Positions 1 through 14,400 of a stretch of 64,000 nt of DNA are shown here, piece by piece (positions within the stretch are counted from its first letter, which is position 1; the number at the start of each line of letters is the position of its first letter). Below the pieces are notes generated by a model. The model saw nothing but the letters and a program-made list of their open reading frames with translations. It did no database searches and was not told the origin of the DNA. The DNA is taken from the NCBI GenBank assembly GCA_050084985.1, contig JBITNC010000001.1, positions 140,306,001 to 140,370,000 on the forward strand, read 5' to 3'. A program made the position numbers and the translations under genes. This DNA is from Nageia nagi. Its lineage: Eukaryota > Plantae > Pinophyta.

Positions 1-1053
1 CATCTTAAACGCATCTTCTGGAAAGAAAGGTCCTTGCCTATGTATGGCCATTTAACTTGTACATATAATTAAAGAACTAAAATAATAGATTTCATGGCTT
101 TACATAGGCACTGTTCTGTGGCATTTGAAAGCCTAATTGGTAAAGAATTGACGTTTGAAGAGATAAATTTGATTTTCTTTCTTATAAATATATGAAAAGA
201 GTTCATTATATTCTAGTATCAAATATATAAACATATACTACACTTTAATATCCTTAAAACATGAGAACACCACCTCTTAACAGCATATCCTAAATGTTTA
301 TGCTATCCAATTGAATCATTCTATATTCCCTCCAAATAAATCAATGTACTCATTTAATGCACGTTACTATCCCAAAATTCTATCACATTAGCAATCCCAG
401 GAATAAATTCTCAAGTAAAATTTTCTTTAATTCTGTTTACTATTCATGTAAATTCTACAAGTGCGTCAGATTTTCCAATAGACCATGACCTAGAATACCA
501 TGCATCCAATTTATCCTGTATTTTGCTTTTCATTTCTGTACTCCTACATGTTTCCATGCTTTGACCAAGGTTTTGTAAGATCACAGTTTACCAATTCATG
601 TACACCCAATGGAAATTTAATGGGAGTCGTAAGAGTAATTAATAAAACACAACATGCCTGATTAGAAAAAAACAATACAATATACACGACTTGAGTAAAA
701 CTAGCCATCATTATATATGACGAAAAAAAAAAAAGTAAGAGTTTTTCATACAAGAAAACCAGTTACTGAACATAACTTTATTTTTAATGCAGACTCACAA
801 CCAACTATATAAGTACAATACTTATCGACATGAAACTGTATGCCCAATAATGCTAAAATATCTTCACAGGAGACCCACACAAGCATTTAACTGTCAAACA
901 TTATCAAAACCCTAATAGCTTTGTGTTAAAAGATCGTTGATCAATGTCCCAAGAGAAGGCCTTGAACTTGTGCTTTGTAGGAGATCAAAGGCATTCAAAA
1001 GAGGCCTACCTTGAAGGAAGATTGTTCCATTGTACTATAGCCCTCTGATACAT
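1..1053 (-). CDS. 5' coding part of an unidentified host gene (exon 1053-1010 spliced to exon 37-<1; continues beyond the window)
   Basis: ATG at 1053, donor AAG|GTAGG at 1010/1009 and acceptor CATACATAG|G at 38/37 join in frame to give MYQRAIVQWNNLPSRQGPFFPEDAFKM. Further acceptor-like sites upstream (~1118, ~1152, ~1462) suggest 5' UTR exons. Product not recognised; this could instead be a uORF or UTR. Confidence 0.45.
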
Positions 1054-1557
1054 ACCCTCTCTACTATAAAGCAGATGGGCTCAGAGCAGGGCACCACCCA
1101 AAACAATCTACAAGTTACACAACACTGATTATACTATTGAAACGGATTAATCTAAGAAAAGATAAGAAATTTAACAGTACTAAACCTAAATATGGATTTT
1201 CAGATGCAACCCAGAAAAGTTCAAATAAAAAAACACTTTAAGAGAATAAGAAAATAAATAAGTTGAACAGGCATTGCTTCAGACAAGATTCAGATCCATC
1301 GTTAGGGTTCCAACACTCGGAACTATTTAGCGTTTGAGGCGTTGATAGGTAAAAATATTATGTATAACCCTATGAATGCCTGATGCTTAGGACTTGTAAC
1401 AGAAAACTCCTTTTTACGTGCGAGATATGTATGACAATAACTGGAATCTACGTCACAGTATCTGCATGAAATAACAAAGTTTTGATATAGCAAAGTAAGG
1501 AAATCTACTTAGAGGAAAGAAACGGAAGGATCTGGGCAGAGGAAAAACATATTCTTA

Positions 1558-1566
1558 AAACCCTAA
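1558..1566. promoter_or_regulatory. Telo-box (AAACCCTAA) near the presumed TSS of the left-edge gene; second copy at 907-915
   Basis: Exact AAACCCTAA motifs. Telo-boxes are common in the 5' regions of plant housekeeping genes. Confidence 0.4.
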
Positions 1567-3180
1567 CAACGCATTGTTCTGCACAACAGAGTTTTTAATG
1601 TCAATGCCGTAAATTATGGAGAACATCCTAAATATATAGGAGTTGGTTTGCTTTGTTGAAAAGGAGGTTGATATTTTTAAATTAAAATTTTAATTTGGAT
1701 TGTTCAATCATTATGGTTTGTATGGTAAAGATTCAAATTTTATTTTTTTTTTTTTGGAATTTTGAAGACTAAGGTTTGGGTTTAAGAATTTATATGTATG
1801 AGATGGGTTTGAATTTTTAGGGGTTTAAATTTTTCAAGCTTTCTTTATAATTTTTCATTCATTTTAGTTTAAATTATTGAGGAAGATATTTAGGGGTTCG
1901 GTGTTGAAAATGTCTTCTTCTAGTTAGTGAGCACTCAATGAAATAGGTTCGATTTACTACTTATCCTTTAAAGTTTAAAAGCTAGCTTATAAATATTTGA
2001 ATTTAGGTTCCTTATTCGTAAACACCTTTTTACCAATCCATCTTGGTCTGGTTTGAATTGAATTTTTTCTAAAGTACTTGTTGATTGGTAAAGCAGAGCC
2101 TTGTCAACGAAGCATTTGATGGAGATAAATCTCCAACCTCCAAGATTTTGAATAGGTCGGTTCCTATTTCCAACTAAGCATGGAAAGCCCTCCATTTTAG
2201 TAGGATGAGCTTTTTTTGTATGAAGGTCAAGAGTTATAGGAAAAAGAGGAAATGTACTAGAAAGGAAATACAAGAAATATGAAATAAAAGGTACATGGGA
2301 AAGGAAAATAAATGACCCTAAGGTTTGCATGCTCTGATTTTCGATTATAGGCTCACTCCACCTGTTAAGCTACCGAGAACGGAATGAATAAATGTTATAA
2401 AACTTAGTTAACTAAACTTAATAGCTTCAATCTCATGTGAATCCCATTTCCCAAAACCAAAATGTACAATTTAAATACCACAACACAATAAGAGGCAAGA
2501 TATTGTCATACCACTAGTCATTCATGAAAGGCATCTGCATTAAAAAGAGCAAATGATCAATTAACCAAATCATTGAACACTTTTTATTGATCTTTCACTC
2601 AAGGTCAATCCTACATTGTACCAATGATTCTCGATAAACATCTATACACATAATGATATCAATAACTAATTGACTAACAACCTCACTCATGCAGGCAAAC
2701 ATCATATTAACTACAAACAAAATTACATATATGGATTACAAGATCAGGTACTCGTGAAAAGACCCTTCTAATTATCTTACTTTGGCTATTTATAGAGCAA
2801 TTACAATAGGTAGGAGGTACACTCCCACCTTCACTTAGCTAGTGCTAGACTATCCTAATACTTCTAATTAATGCACGAGTAGCCAATTGTAAAGTGTTAT
2901 CTTTGTTGGTTGTGAGCTCCTTTTCATCTGACAATTTCTAAGTGGTATTTGAGTCTTCTGATGATTTCTATTGATATAATTCTACAGGAGAATTCAATAC
3001 CTTCATCATCCTTTGAGTAAGCATGTCTTTTTAGAGTATTTGCATAGCCTTTTCAACTTTGCCTAGCTGGTCTTTTATAGATTTGATAGTTTTAGGGATT
3101 TATTTTTTGAATATATGCTAACTAACAAAAGTACTTATCTGGATGATGTGACTAAGGAGTGGGTTGCTTGCAATGAAGAT

Positions 3181-6100
3181 TGTTACGATGCTACAAGTAT
3201 GAAGAAGGGAAATATTGCATAAATGAAATGAATATGGAATTGAAACAGGAAAATGATAACTATCTATTGCAAATAACAGAGCATGCACTGGTAAATAGAA
3301 CACGAAAGAGCATTAATAAGCATATAAAGATAGGATTTTACTGAATAGTAACAAAATCGTAGGCCGCTTTGAGGGGGCTACCTCTTACAACTCCAAAGGT
3401 GAAAAATAATGTTCAAGATGCCTTTCTCCACACACTTCCATATATTTATATTAAACTAACCCTAACCCTAATAGTAATGCAAAATTGATCCCCGCCCTTA
3501 CAATCACAATATTATAGTTTACAATATAGGTTGACCATTTAATAAAATACTAATACTAACACTAGAATGTTAGAATGTAGGATCCTAACATGCCACCCCT
3601 CTTGGGATGAAGCTTTGTCCTCAAAGCTTGAAGTTTGGAAATTGTTGTTGTAGCTGATGAAGGATTTCCCATGTTGCATCTTCTGGCGCCATGCCTTGCC
3701 ATTGCACAAGGACTTCTATGATGGAGCGATTTCAAAGCTGTAATGAGCGTTGATCCAAAACTACTTTAGGTACTGCTACTATTGATCCATCCTCTACCAA
3801 TTCAGGTAATTATGTTTGAACTCGAACCTTTGATCCCACCACTTTCTTGAGGCAAGAGACATGAAACACTGGGTGAATCTTGGAAGAAGTAGGAAGCTCT
3901 AATTTGTATGCAGTTGGGCCAATGCACTGCAACACCTTGTAAGGACCATAAAATTTTGGGGCCAATTTTTGAGGGCCTTTTATTTTTAAGGATTTATGGC
4001 GATAAGGTTGTAGCCTCAGAAAGACCATGTCATCTACCTGGAACTCTCTTTCCACATGTTGCTGATCAACCTATTGTTTCATATGATGTTGGGCTATCTG
4101 AAGCTTATTCTTGAGCAAACAAAGAATATCATCCTGAGTAACTAAAGTTGAGTCAACTGCTTGAACTTTACTGGTACCTGCAACATACAAGGTGATTGTT
4201 GGTGGAGCTTGACCATACACTGCTTCATAAAGGGTCATCTTCCTAGTAGAATGATAAGATGTATTATACCACCATTTAGCCAAGGGGAGCCATCACACCC
4301 AATTCACAATTTGTGCTAAAGCAAAACAACGTAAATATGTTTCCAAGCATTTGTTGACAATTTTAGTTTGGCCATCATTTTGTGGATGATATGTTGAACT
4401 CATGTTTAATTGGGTACCTTGTAGTTTAAAAAGCTCTTGCAAAAATGAATTGTAAAAGTGGTATCATGATCACTGACAATCATCTCTAGCATGCCATGTA
4501 GTTTGAAAATTGTATCCAGGAATAATTGTGCCACTATCACTACTTTGTAGGGATGAGCCAATGAACCAAAATGAGCATATTTGGATAACCAATCAACCAC
4601 CACTAGAATAACTGATTTACCATGAGATTTAGGAAGGCCATCAATGAAATCCATTGAGATATCAATCCATGTATGGGTAGGTATGGGAAGAGGTTGAAGG
4701 AGTCTTGGAGTACCCACTATCTCACCCTTCTATCATTGACACAAATCACAAGCTACCACAAATTACTTGATATCCAATTTCATACCTGTCCAATAGAATG
4801 ACCATGCCACTCGCTTATAAGTTTTCAAAAATCCTACATGTCCTGTTGTAGGTGTGGAATGTAATTCAGCAAGTATTTCTAATTTAGATTTTGAAGGAGA
4901 TGGTAACAAAATTTGACCTTTGAATCTCAAAATACCATCATGCCATGTATGGTGTGGTTTACTCGTGGGATCTTGAGTGATCTATTTTAGCAATTCTTGG
5001 GTGGAACTATCCTCTGCCCACTCTTGTTTAACTTTATCCAACCATTGAGGAATAGGATATGAAAGAGCTTGTAGTGCTATTTGATCTTCAATTTTTCTAG
5101 ATAAAGCATCGACAACCACATTCTCCTTACCTTTATGGTATACTATCTCATAATCATACCCTAATAGTTTGGTTACTCATTTTTATTTCTTAGGTGTAGA
5201 AATGCATTGCTCAATGAAAAATTTCAAACTATGATGATCTGTGAGGATGATTAAATGGCGATCGATGAGATATGGTCTCCAACATTGAACTACATGAATG
5301 ATGGCAAGCATTTCTTTTTCATAAGTGGATTTACCTAAATTTTTTCCAAAGAATGCTTTACTAGTGAATGTTAAGGGATGCCCTTCCTGTATTAATACTG
5401 CCCCAATTCCTACTCCACAAGCATCACTTTCAATCACAAAGGTTTTAGAAAAATTTGGCATTACTAATATCAAGGTGGTACACATTGCCTCCTTGAGCTT
5501 AAGGAAAGCTACCTCAGCTTGAGGGGACCATTGGAATGCATTCTTTTTCAACAACATGGTTAAATATGTTGCAATCTTACCATAATCCTTCACTAATTTC
5601 CTATAATAGCCTATCAACCCCAAGAATCCTCTAATAGTTTTCAAAGATGTAGGAATAGACCAATTTTGCATATTAGTAATCTTTCGTGGATCCACCTTAA
5701 CTCCCTCTTTAGATATAACATGGCCTAAGTAGCCAATTTCCCTCTTATTGAATGAACATAATGATTTTTTTGCATATAGTTGGTGTTCCTTCAATATTTG
5801 TAAGGTTTGGTCAACATGTGTCATATGTTCTTGCCATGTCTTATTGTAGATCAAGATATCATCAAATAAAACTAAAATGAATTTTTTGAGGAACGGACAA
5901 AACACCTGATTCGTTAAACTTTGAAATGTGGATGGAGCATTTGTGAGGCCAAAAGGCATGAACAAGAACTCATAATGGCCCTCATGGGTGTAAAATGCAG
6001 TTTTTGGTATATCCTCCTCCTTGAGGTGGATTTGGTGATACCCAGATCATAGGTCCAACTTGGAAAAATATCTTACCCTATGCAGTTCATCCAATAATTC

Positions 6101-9100
6101 ATCAATGATTGGGATGGGAAATTTGTCTTTGATTGTAATTTTGTTGAGGGCCTTAAAATCCACACACATATGCCAGGAACCATCTTTTTTACGAACCAAT
6201 ATAACTAGAGAAGTGTATGGGCTTATGCTATGTCAGATTACTCCTGCATCTAATAGTTCTTTAACCAATTTTTTAATTTCATTTTTCTATAAACAAGGAT
6301 ACCGATAAGGATGAATGTTTGGTGGGTGACTTCCTGGCACCAATTGGATAGCATGATCATGTGATTGCTTAGGTGGTAAACCCCTTGGTTCCTCAAAGGT
6401 AGTTGAATGCTTACTTAAGATGGGTTGTAGATCCTTAGGCTCTATGATTTCAAATTTGATGATTGATAAAGAGTATAACAATGCTAGCATCCTTTTTTCA
6501 AATTTTCATAGGATCTTTTTCATGTGATGTGAGCTCATAATTTGTATAGATCCACCCTGTAATCCTTTGAGAGTATGCTCTTGTTTATCTATTTTGAAGG
6601 TCATCCATAGCTCTACAAAATTCCATTGTATAGTGCCCAAAGTCCTCAGCCATTGTACCCTCAAAACTATACCACATCCCCCAAGAGGTAAATCATATAT
6701 GTCACTTTTCAAAGTATAGTGGTCCATGCTTAATTTGACATTGTGACATGTTCCTTTACATGTTATTTTTCCTCCATTGCCAACCATAACCTCAAAATTA
6801 TTTGTAGGGTGGATGTAACAATCAGTAACCTTAGCTACTTGTGGATCAATGAAATCATGAGTACTTTCCAAATCCAATAGTATTATGAGAGGGTGCTTTT
6901 TAAAGAACCCTTTAACCTTCATAGTTTGAGGGATGGTAATTCCTACCAATGCATTGTGAGAGATAACTGGGGCCTCCTCATCTGGAATTTCCTCTATAGC
7001 CTCTTTGGATGCACTCTCATATTCCTCTTCACTAGGAGCATCAGCATCAAGAAAATATAACTTTTGTTGTGTACAACGATGGCCACGAACAAATTTCTCA
7101 TCACAATTATAGCATAAGCCTTTCTTTTGATGCTCCTCCATTTCTTCCCATATCAACTTCTTGGTTTGCATTGTGTAATTTGATGGTGGGGTACTTGTGT
7201 TATTAGAATAATGAAAAATATTATGTGTTTTGGTGAATGGAGGTCTTGCATTTCATCGATGAGCATTGGCTTTATCTTCAGCAAGCTTTGCCAAGGCAAT
7301 ACGATCCATCATAGTTTTAGGATTAAACATTTTAACCTCTAGTTTAATTTTTTATTTTAATCCACTGATAAAATAACTTGTGAAAAATGCATCATCTAAC
7401 CCCTTTGTGTGATTTGCCAATTTTTTAATTTGATTTTAGCAAACTTTGATTGTTGTACTTTGACGTAACTTGGTCAATGCACCTGTGAAATCTTCATAAT
7501 CACTAGGACCAAAATGGATCAATAATTATTGAATGAATTCATCCCATGAAGGAGTAGGATGCATTTTGGATTACCATTGGTGCCATTGGAAAGCCTCATG
7601 GTCCAAATGAAAATATGCCATATGCACATTCAATTCCTCTAGGATTTGATTCAATGTAAAATATTGTCCAGCTTTATAAACCAACCATTGGTATTATCTC
7701 CATCAAATCAAGGAAAATCCAATTTGGTTATGCGAGGGAGAATTAAACCACCTTGTTGGCTCTTAAAGTTATGATGACACCCTTGTGGATTTCCTAATTG
7801 CCTTGATTGCTATGAACTAGATGCATTGTTCTTATGACTGAGACTTAGTTGAACACTATCACATTTACTATTAGGGGTTTGTATTTATGTTTGTATTTGT
7901 CTAATTTTTGCTCTGAAAGCACTAGTAAGTGTATCTTCCATTTGTTGGATCATAGTTTGAAATGTCATCATGGTATGATTAGCTTGTGCTGCTGTTTGGG
8001 ATCTTGTTTCAAGTGCCATTTCTGAAAATTGCTATTTTTGAAGCTAATATTTTTAAAAATCGCTATTTTTAGAAACCGTTATTTTTAGAAAGTGCTTGAA
8101 AAAGTGTATGGGTGTAATATATCAAAATGATCAGCTCAACAAAATGATCACAATGGGATAGATCTCTCGACGATGATTTTCGAACCCCCAGACTTTTTTT
8201 TTACATATGTGGGTTTGTCTGCCTTTGTTAAAAATTGCTAAAATAGTACAAATTTTTAGTTATTTTATTTTGAAGTTTTTTATGCCTCTGAACTGCTATT
8301 ATTGGTAGCTCCAAAAAACTACCTATTGTACCTTTTGCTTTCCAAATCAAGGTTTTTTGTGTGAAGGAATGATTCTAGGGTAAGGATTATCTGCTCTGTA
8401 GGCTTGTCTAAACACCCCTTCTATCCAACTTTTGCAAGGAAAGAGGTTGAGGAGATGACTTCTATGATAAGTAACTTTCTAGTAGCACTTGCTAGTGCAC
8501 TACAGTTTACAGATGATCAACATAGCTTCCTACCTAGTTTTCATTTATAGCTTAGATAGTCTTTGATATACCTTTTGGTACATGGAGTCCAATTCCGTGT
8601 AGGGTTCTATCTAAGGGTTGGGTATTGGTGCAGAGCATTTTTGCATCTCACTTCATAGATCCTCCTAGATATTTTAAAACCCTTGGTTCAGGGTTTCTAG
8701 CCTAGACCTCTAAGGATTTTTTTTTGTTTTCTTGCAGCAGAATGGCCCAAGAAGGAGTTCTGATACTAGGTGTTATGATGCTACAAGTATGAAATAGGGA
8801 AATATTGCAGAAATGAAATAAATATGGAATTGAAATAGGAAAATAACAACTATCTATTGTAAATAATAGAGCATGCACTAGTAAATAGAACATGAAATAG
8901 TGTCAATAAACAGATAAAGATAGGATTTTACTAAATAGTAACAAAATTGCAGGCCACATCGAGGGGGCTACCTCCTTACAACTCCAAAGGTGGAAAATAA
9001 TGTTCAAGATGCCTTTCTCCACACACTTCCATCTATTTATATTAAACTAACCCTAACCTTAATAGTAATGCAAAATCAAGCCTCGCCCTTACAATCACAA

Positions 9101-9180
9101 TATTATGGTTTACAATATAAGCCAACCATTTAATAAAATACTAATAAAACACTAGAATGTTAGGATGTAAGATCCTAACA
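3181..9180 (-). mobile_element. Ty3/gypsy chromovirus (Reina-like), full length 6.0 kb, decayed
   Basis: 410-bp LTRs at 3181-3590 and 8771-9180 (TG...CA). TSD AAGAT/AAGAC. Decayed tRNA-Met PBS (TAGTATCAGAAC) at ~8757-8768. PPT at 3591-3602. Confidence 0.95.
3600..8019 (-). pseudogene. Degenerate gag-PR-RT-RH-INT-chromodomain polyprotein of the Reina-like element
   Basis: Gag start MALETRSQ (8019); KKGLCYNCDEKF zinc knuckle; LLDLESTHDFI protease; MPFGLTNAPSTFQ and LFDDILIY RT; ESDACGVGIGAVL RNase H; WIDISMDFIDGLP integrase; GPY/HPVFHVSCLK; chromodomain VLVQWQGMAPEDATWE. Many stops and frameshifts. Confidence 0.93.
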
Positions 9181-12157
9181 AAGACATACGCATCATGTAG
9201 AGATCTTAACATGGTTGACATACTAACACCATTATGGGTTTCTATTGAGTAAGCCCAAGCTATTGGATTCTTTGTTGAAGGTACTATGTGAGTTCTCTAG
9301 GTATTAGGTTTCGATCCATCTTTGAGTGTCAATATCTTTGATTGTTAGGTGTTGAGCCATCTCTAGTTGCAACTAGAGCTGCTTGCAATGAATACATAGG
9401 CATTATGTAGAGATCTTAGCATGGTTTACATGTTGATGTCATTATGGATTTCTATTGCATAAGCCTAGGCTATTGGATTCTTCATTGAAGGTACTATGTG
9501 AGATCTCTAACTATTAGGTGTCGATCCATCCCTAGGTGTTATGATATTTGATTGCTAGGTGTCGAGCCATCTCCAGTTGTAACTAGCCATGTTTGCCAAC
9601 TTCAAGAAACTTTCTACGAGAAGTTGACATAATGCTTTAAATCTCCCCAATCATATTTGTTGTTAGCATTCAATTGCCTATTAAGTTCAAGATCAAATGG
9701 GACTAAGGGCTCTTACATCTTGAGGTGATGTCAATGGTTGAAGACTCTGATCCACCTACATTTGGATTCAATTATTGAGTTCTTATGAGGTTTGTAGGTT
9801 TGAGAATCATTAAAGTTAAGGGCTTTTGTGTTCTTGAGTGATGTTAACAACAAAAGTTTCTCAGACTCTATTATCCATCTACCCTTAGTGACTTTTCTTT
9901 TCAGGACTGTAGACCCAAGGGCATTTAAAATCAAGAACGATATCAGCCATAGGGATTTCTTGATATCACACAACATAGCTCTAAACATATCCATTAGTAT
10001 CCAAAAGGAGCTTTTCATTACATTATTGCTTATTTTATATATAACTAAAGCAAAAGAATTGGAAAAATAGAAAGGTATCTAACACAAAATAATGTAATCA
10101 TGAGAAATGAAATTCTCTTGCCCAAAAAAAGATTGCTTCAGCCAATTTGAGGTAGAAATCTTACCAACCAGAGAAAATATTTAGGACTAGCATATGATGG
10201 GTTGAAAAGATTTCAAGAGAGCAAACATGTCCAACACTTCACACATCATGATATCACATCATTGCCCCAAAAAGGAATAGTCATCAACTGATCATAGATT
10301 ACTATTTGAGTTACCATGGCCTTCATTCTGATATCCCATGATGCTTTCAAGATGATATTTTAATGTGTGTAAACCAAGAGGGTGGGGTCCTAGGGGGAAA
10401 CGAAGGAGGGGAGGGTGGAAAGACTACCATGGAAGGAAGAATTTATGAATGGGGTAAGGCAATCTATGAGGGGTGGTTAAGGGGAGCACTATGGATGGGA
10501 AAACAATAAGGTGATATTGTGGAAGGGAGTGAGATATAGGTACAAATAACATAACACTTATGAACAAAGTAGAAGTGGGGGTGGAAAAAGACCCCTATTT
10601 ACATGGCCACTATATCAAAATTATTAGTTTGCAAGCTTTATAAGACATCAATCCTCACTCCATTGATTTATTATCATCTTTTTATTTCTTCTATTACAAT
10701 GAGAGGAGCTGAATGCTCATATTTATAGGTAAAATTAAGCTACTATAGGTGTTCTTGACACCAACTAAGCCTTGTGATATATGTTCAACTCTAGATTTGG
10801 TAAGATCTTTAGGATAATATCAAGATTTTTTTCTATTGTCATATTTTTGCATGACCTTAACTTATTATTGGTCATATATAGATCCTTTCTCTTTTTTATG
10901 TAATGATCAATCTTCTTCAATCTCTTTTGTTGATTAAAATAGAGTAAACACAAGTAAAACATGTATTCACCCCTTTTTGAACAAGATATTGGCCAAATAT
11001 CTCAATCAACATTCCATTTGCAAAATAGACTAAAAAATGGTTAACAGGTTCCACCAAGCATGCCAAAAATTATTGATTGGTAAAGTATGTTGGAATGTAT
11101 AATGCATTATTGTAAAGGTTTGTATTAAATTTTCTATATAAATTCACTAATACTTAAGGGTATCATTTGATACCTTAAGTATTTAAGTGAATATGATAAT
11201 ATAACTTGTCCTACACTCCATGTCATGAGCATGCCCCTTGGGTAAAAGGATGTGCATGTCATGCTATTGTACATTGGATAAAAGGATGATCCAAAGAAAG
11301 ATTTTGGACTATAAATAGAAGGCTCTCTCTTTGTGATTACACACCAATTGTGGAGTAAAGTTATGCTATAGGATAGTGGTTAGGAGAAAAGATTAGGAGG
11401 ATTGTAAGAGAGGTGTATTTGTGATTGAAGTAAAGATCTAGTTAGTGGATGTTCTCCTAGTTTGAGGAACCACTTACATATTGTGTTATCTTTATGAGAT
11501 TACTTTGTGTGATAGTTAGATGTGAATTGAGAGCTTTCATATGATCTTGATTATTTAGAAATTATCTTATTAGTGTTAGTTCCTTCAGTTTGGTATTAGA
11601 GCTTGGTGTGAAAGCTCTTCTTCTTGGTGTGGAAGCTACATCTTGGTGATCCTTCTTCATTCCTCATCTTAGACCCCATTGGTGAGGTTAAACTAAGAGA
11701 AGGTATAAATTTCCTCCTCCTTTACTTATCTTATGGATTATTGCATTAGATATTAACATATTTTATGAGATATGTGAGCTTATTTTTTGCAAAATATGAT
11801 CAAAATGGTAATGCAAGCAATTTTTTTTCCTATACTAACCTCTTATCTTAGTAGCATTTTTTTACGAAATGCTTAATACATGATATACCTTTTAAGAGGA
11901 TAGTATGTAATGCAAATATTTTTACTAACATATCATTTTCTATGTGTTAGTTTCTCTTTTTTGGTCAAATAAAGCAATATAATGCAATTTTTTTAGCCTC
12001 TTATGTTGGTAGTAATTTTTTTTTTTAAATTGCTTAATATAGAATTTTTTTTACGTAAGAGGATAGTATATGAAAATTGCATTTAGTATACTATACTCAC
12101 TTAAATTTATTTGGCAAAACATTGCATTTTTTTTACAAAAATATACTTCATACATAA

Positions 12158-12178
12158 TATATATATATATATATATAT
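12158..12178. repeat. (TA)n microsatellite
   Basis: Direct TA run in the copia leader. Confidence 0.9.
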
Positions 12179-14400
12179 TATTTGAGTATATACTTTAAAA
12201 AAAAAAACTCTTCAATTCTTGTTCAAATATGAAGAGGCATTTATTATTCTTCAAAAAAAATTAAAAAAAATCAAGGTTTTTGGGAGGGTTGATTTTTTTC
12301 AGGGCTTTGAACCCATTCACATCACCTCACGGTGCCTCCCCATTGTGGCTCCATCCCATCATAGCACCTGCACAGCTATAACCTCCCCCCTCATGATGAG
12401 TTCTTGTACTTTATTGGTAAAAAAAGCACCTCCCTTCCTCCATCGACATTATCACCCAGTCGGCCATCCAATTCTTCCTCTACTCCCTACACCTCCTCCT
12501 TGTGCCTCCCACTTGCTGCCTAGTGGCCCTCACAGTCTTCATAGTCTTGCAGCCTCTACTAACATTGCCACCTAGCTGGCCATCCTCCATCTCTTCCCTT
12601 CTACTCACACAACCCTACACCGCTACCCAACCAACCATCCTCCACCTCCTCCCTTCTACTTGTGCACTCCAATCACCATCATGCATGTGATTAAAACACA
12701 TAGAACTATGCCCTTTTATCTCTGTACATAATCCTTGCATTAAGTCTCACCCTCCCTTCTCCTTTGTCACCTACGATCTGCTATGCATGGCCTTTTTTTT
12801 TTCTTCACCACTTGATTTGCTTGTTAAAATAATTGCATCCTTCCATGAGGCATTAATTTTTTTTGCCTTTGTTTACAAGCAAGTTCTTGACTTACTATGC
12901 GTGGAATAACAATGAAAAAAAATCATTAAATTAGGTTGTTAAATTTAATGCATTTGGGTAGAGTATAGACTTAGTCTGTCACATTAAATTGGAGTAGAGG
13001 TGTCTCATTTATTTGTAGTAAAGTAATTATGATTTTGTTTTTTCTACTTGGAGCAAGATAGCTTTACAAGTTTTATTTTGCCTTAATTACATTGCACTTT
13101 ACATTGGTAATTATTACTTAGCTAAAAGTAATATTACTTAAGATCTTTATTAAGTAACAAAGGGGAATTTTTTACTTAATTTTTAGATCTTTAGAGAAAT
13201 GTTATGGAATAAACATACCTAGAAGAATTTTTTTTTCCATAAACTAGTATGCCATTTTTTAGAATACAACTTTAAGTAAAAAAATGGGGGGAATTTGTAT
13301 AATTTTTTACTTAAAACTTTATCTAGATTTTGCATGCTAAATTTTATAATGCATGCTTAATTTATTAGAATAATGCATACTTAATTTTTTTTTTAAACTT
13401 ATGTGAATGATGCATTTTTTTTGCTTAATGCTTAAAGCTTAAATTTTTTTAATGCATGGTCAAGGACTTAAATTTTTTAAGTTAATGCTTAGGACTTAAC
13501 ATTTTTTAAGATGCATGCTTATGACTTAAAAAATGCATGTTGAGTATTTATCCTTATGCAAAGTTAATGGACTTATGCAAAATAAGGATTGATGTAAAGA
13601 TGTTCTTTAGGGGTTAGTAAACAAAACCCATTAGATTCTTAGGTTTCAAAAAAATTGCAAATGGATGATATTTACTTATGCTCTTTTACTTCATGTTTTG
13701 CAGTTTGCTTTATTTATTTATGCAAAAATGCAAACATTGATATGAGTAACCCCCTAAAATGAACACATTTGCACATACCTTCTACAACATGACTTGTTTA
13801 GGGAGCCATGAGGTGAGGATAGGTAGATTAGAGCCTTTAAGTCCAACAATTTAAGTGGTGAAAAGTTTATACTTCTCAATTGCCTCTAAGTCCTCTGTTG
13901 GTCTGGACATAACTCTATTAGGTGGATAGGAATATGTGTAGTGATACCACATGTTCGTACATCCATTCAGGGATTATCGATATAACCTAGGAGGACAACT
14001 TGAAACCTAATTAAGATTAATAATTTGGTCGATCCAATAAATGTCAAAACCTTAAAAAATAGCTAGTACTTCTCTTTATGAGAGTATATTGCTACCCAAG
14101 GTGAACTACTTTAGGATTGGTAGGACCTAGGCTCCTCTTGTGTGGGCATCCATGTGAAGGTTTAATTTTAGACAAAAAAATAAACCTTAATAATTCACTC
14201 TACATCTACAATTTTTGAGATGAAAAATGTATTTGGGTACATAGGTTATTATTTGAATTGTAAAACATTTGCACTTGTGAATCAAATTAAGCATGTATTT
14301 AGCATTAAATGTAACATGTATTATTTACTTGGTTAAAATTTAACATTTAATATTATTTCTTGAAACTACATGCTTATTATTTCACATTCTTGTGTAGCAA

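Noticed and set aside
1968-2340. 120-aa ORF preceded by a PBS-like ATCAGAGC, read as a viral ORF1
   Set aside because: The ORF crosses the LTR boundary at 2079 and the PBS-like motif is not conserved in the sister LTR.
3454-3471. Interstitial telomere (TAACCC)n
   Set aside because: Only 2-3 units, present in both Reina LTRs as part of the LTR.
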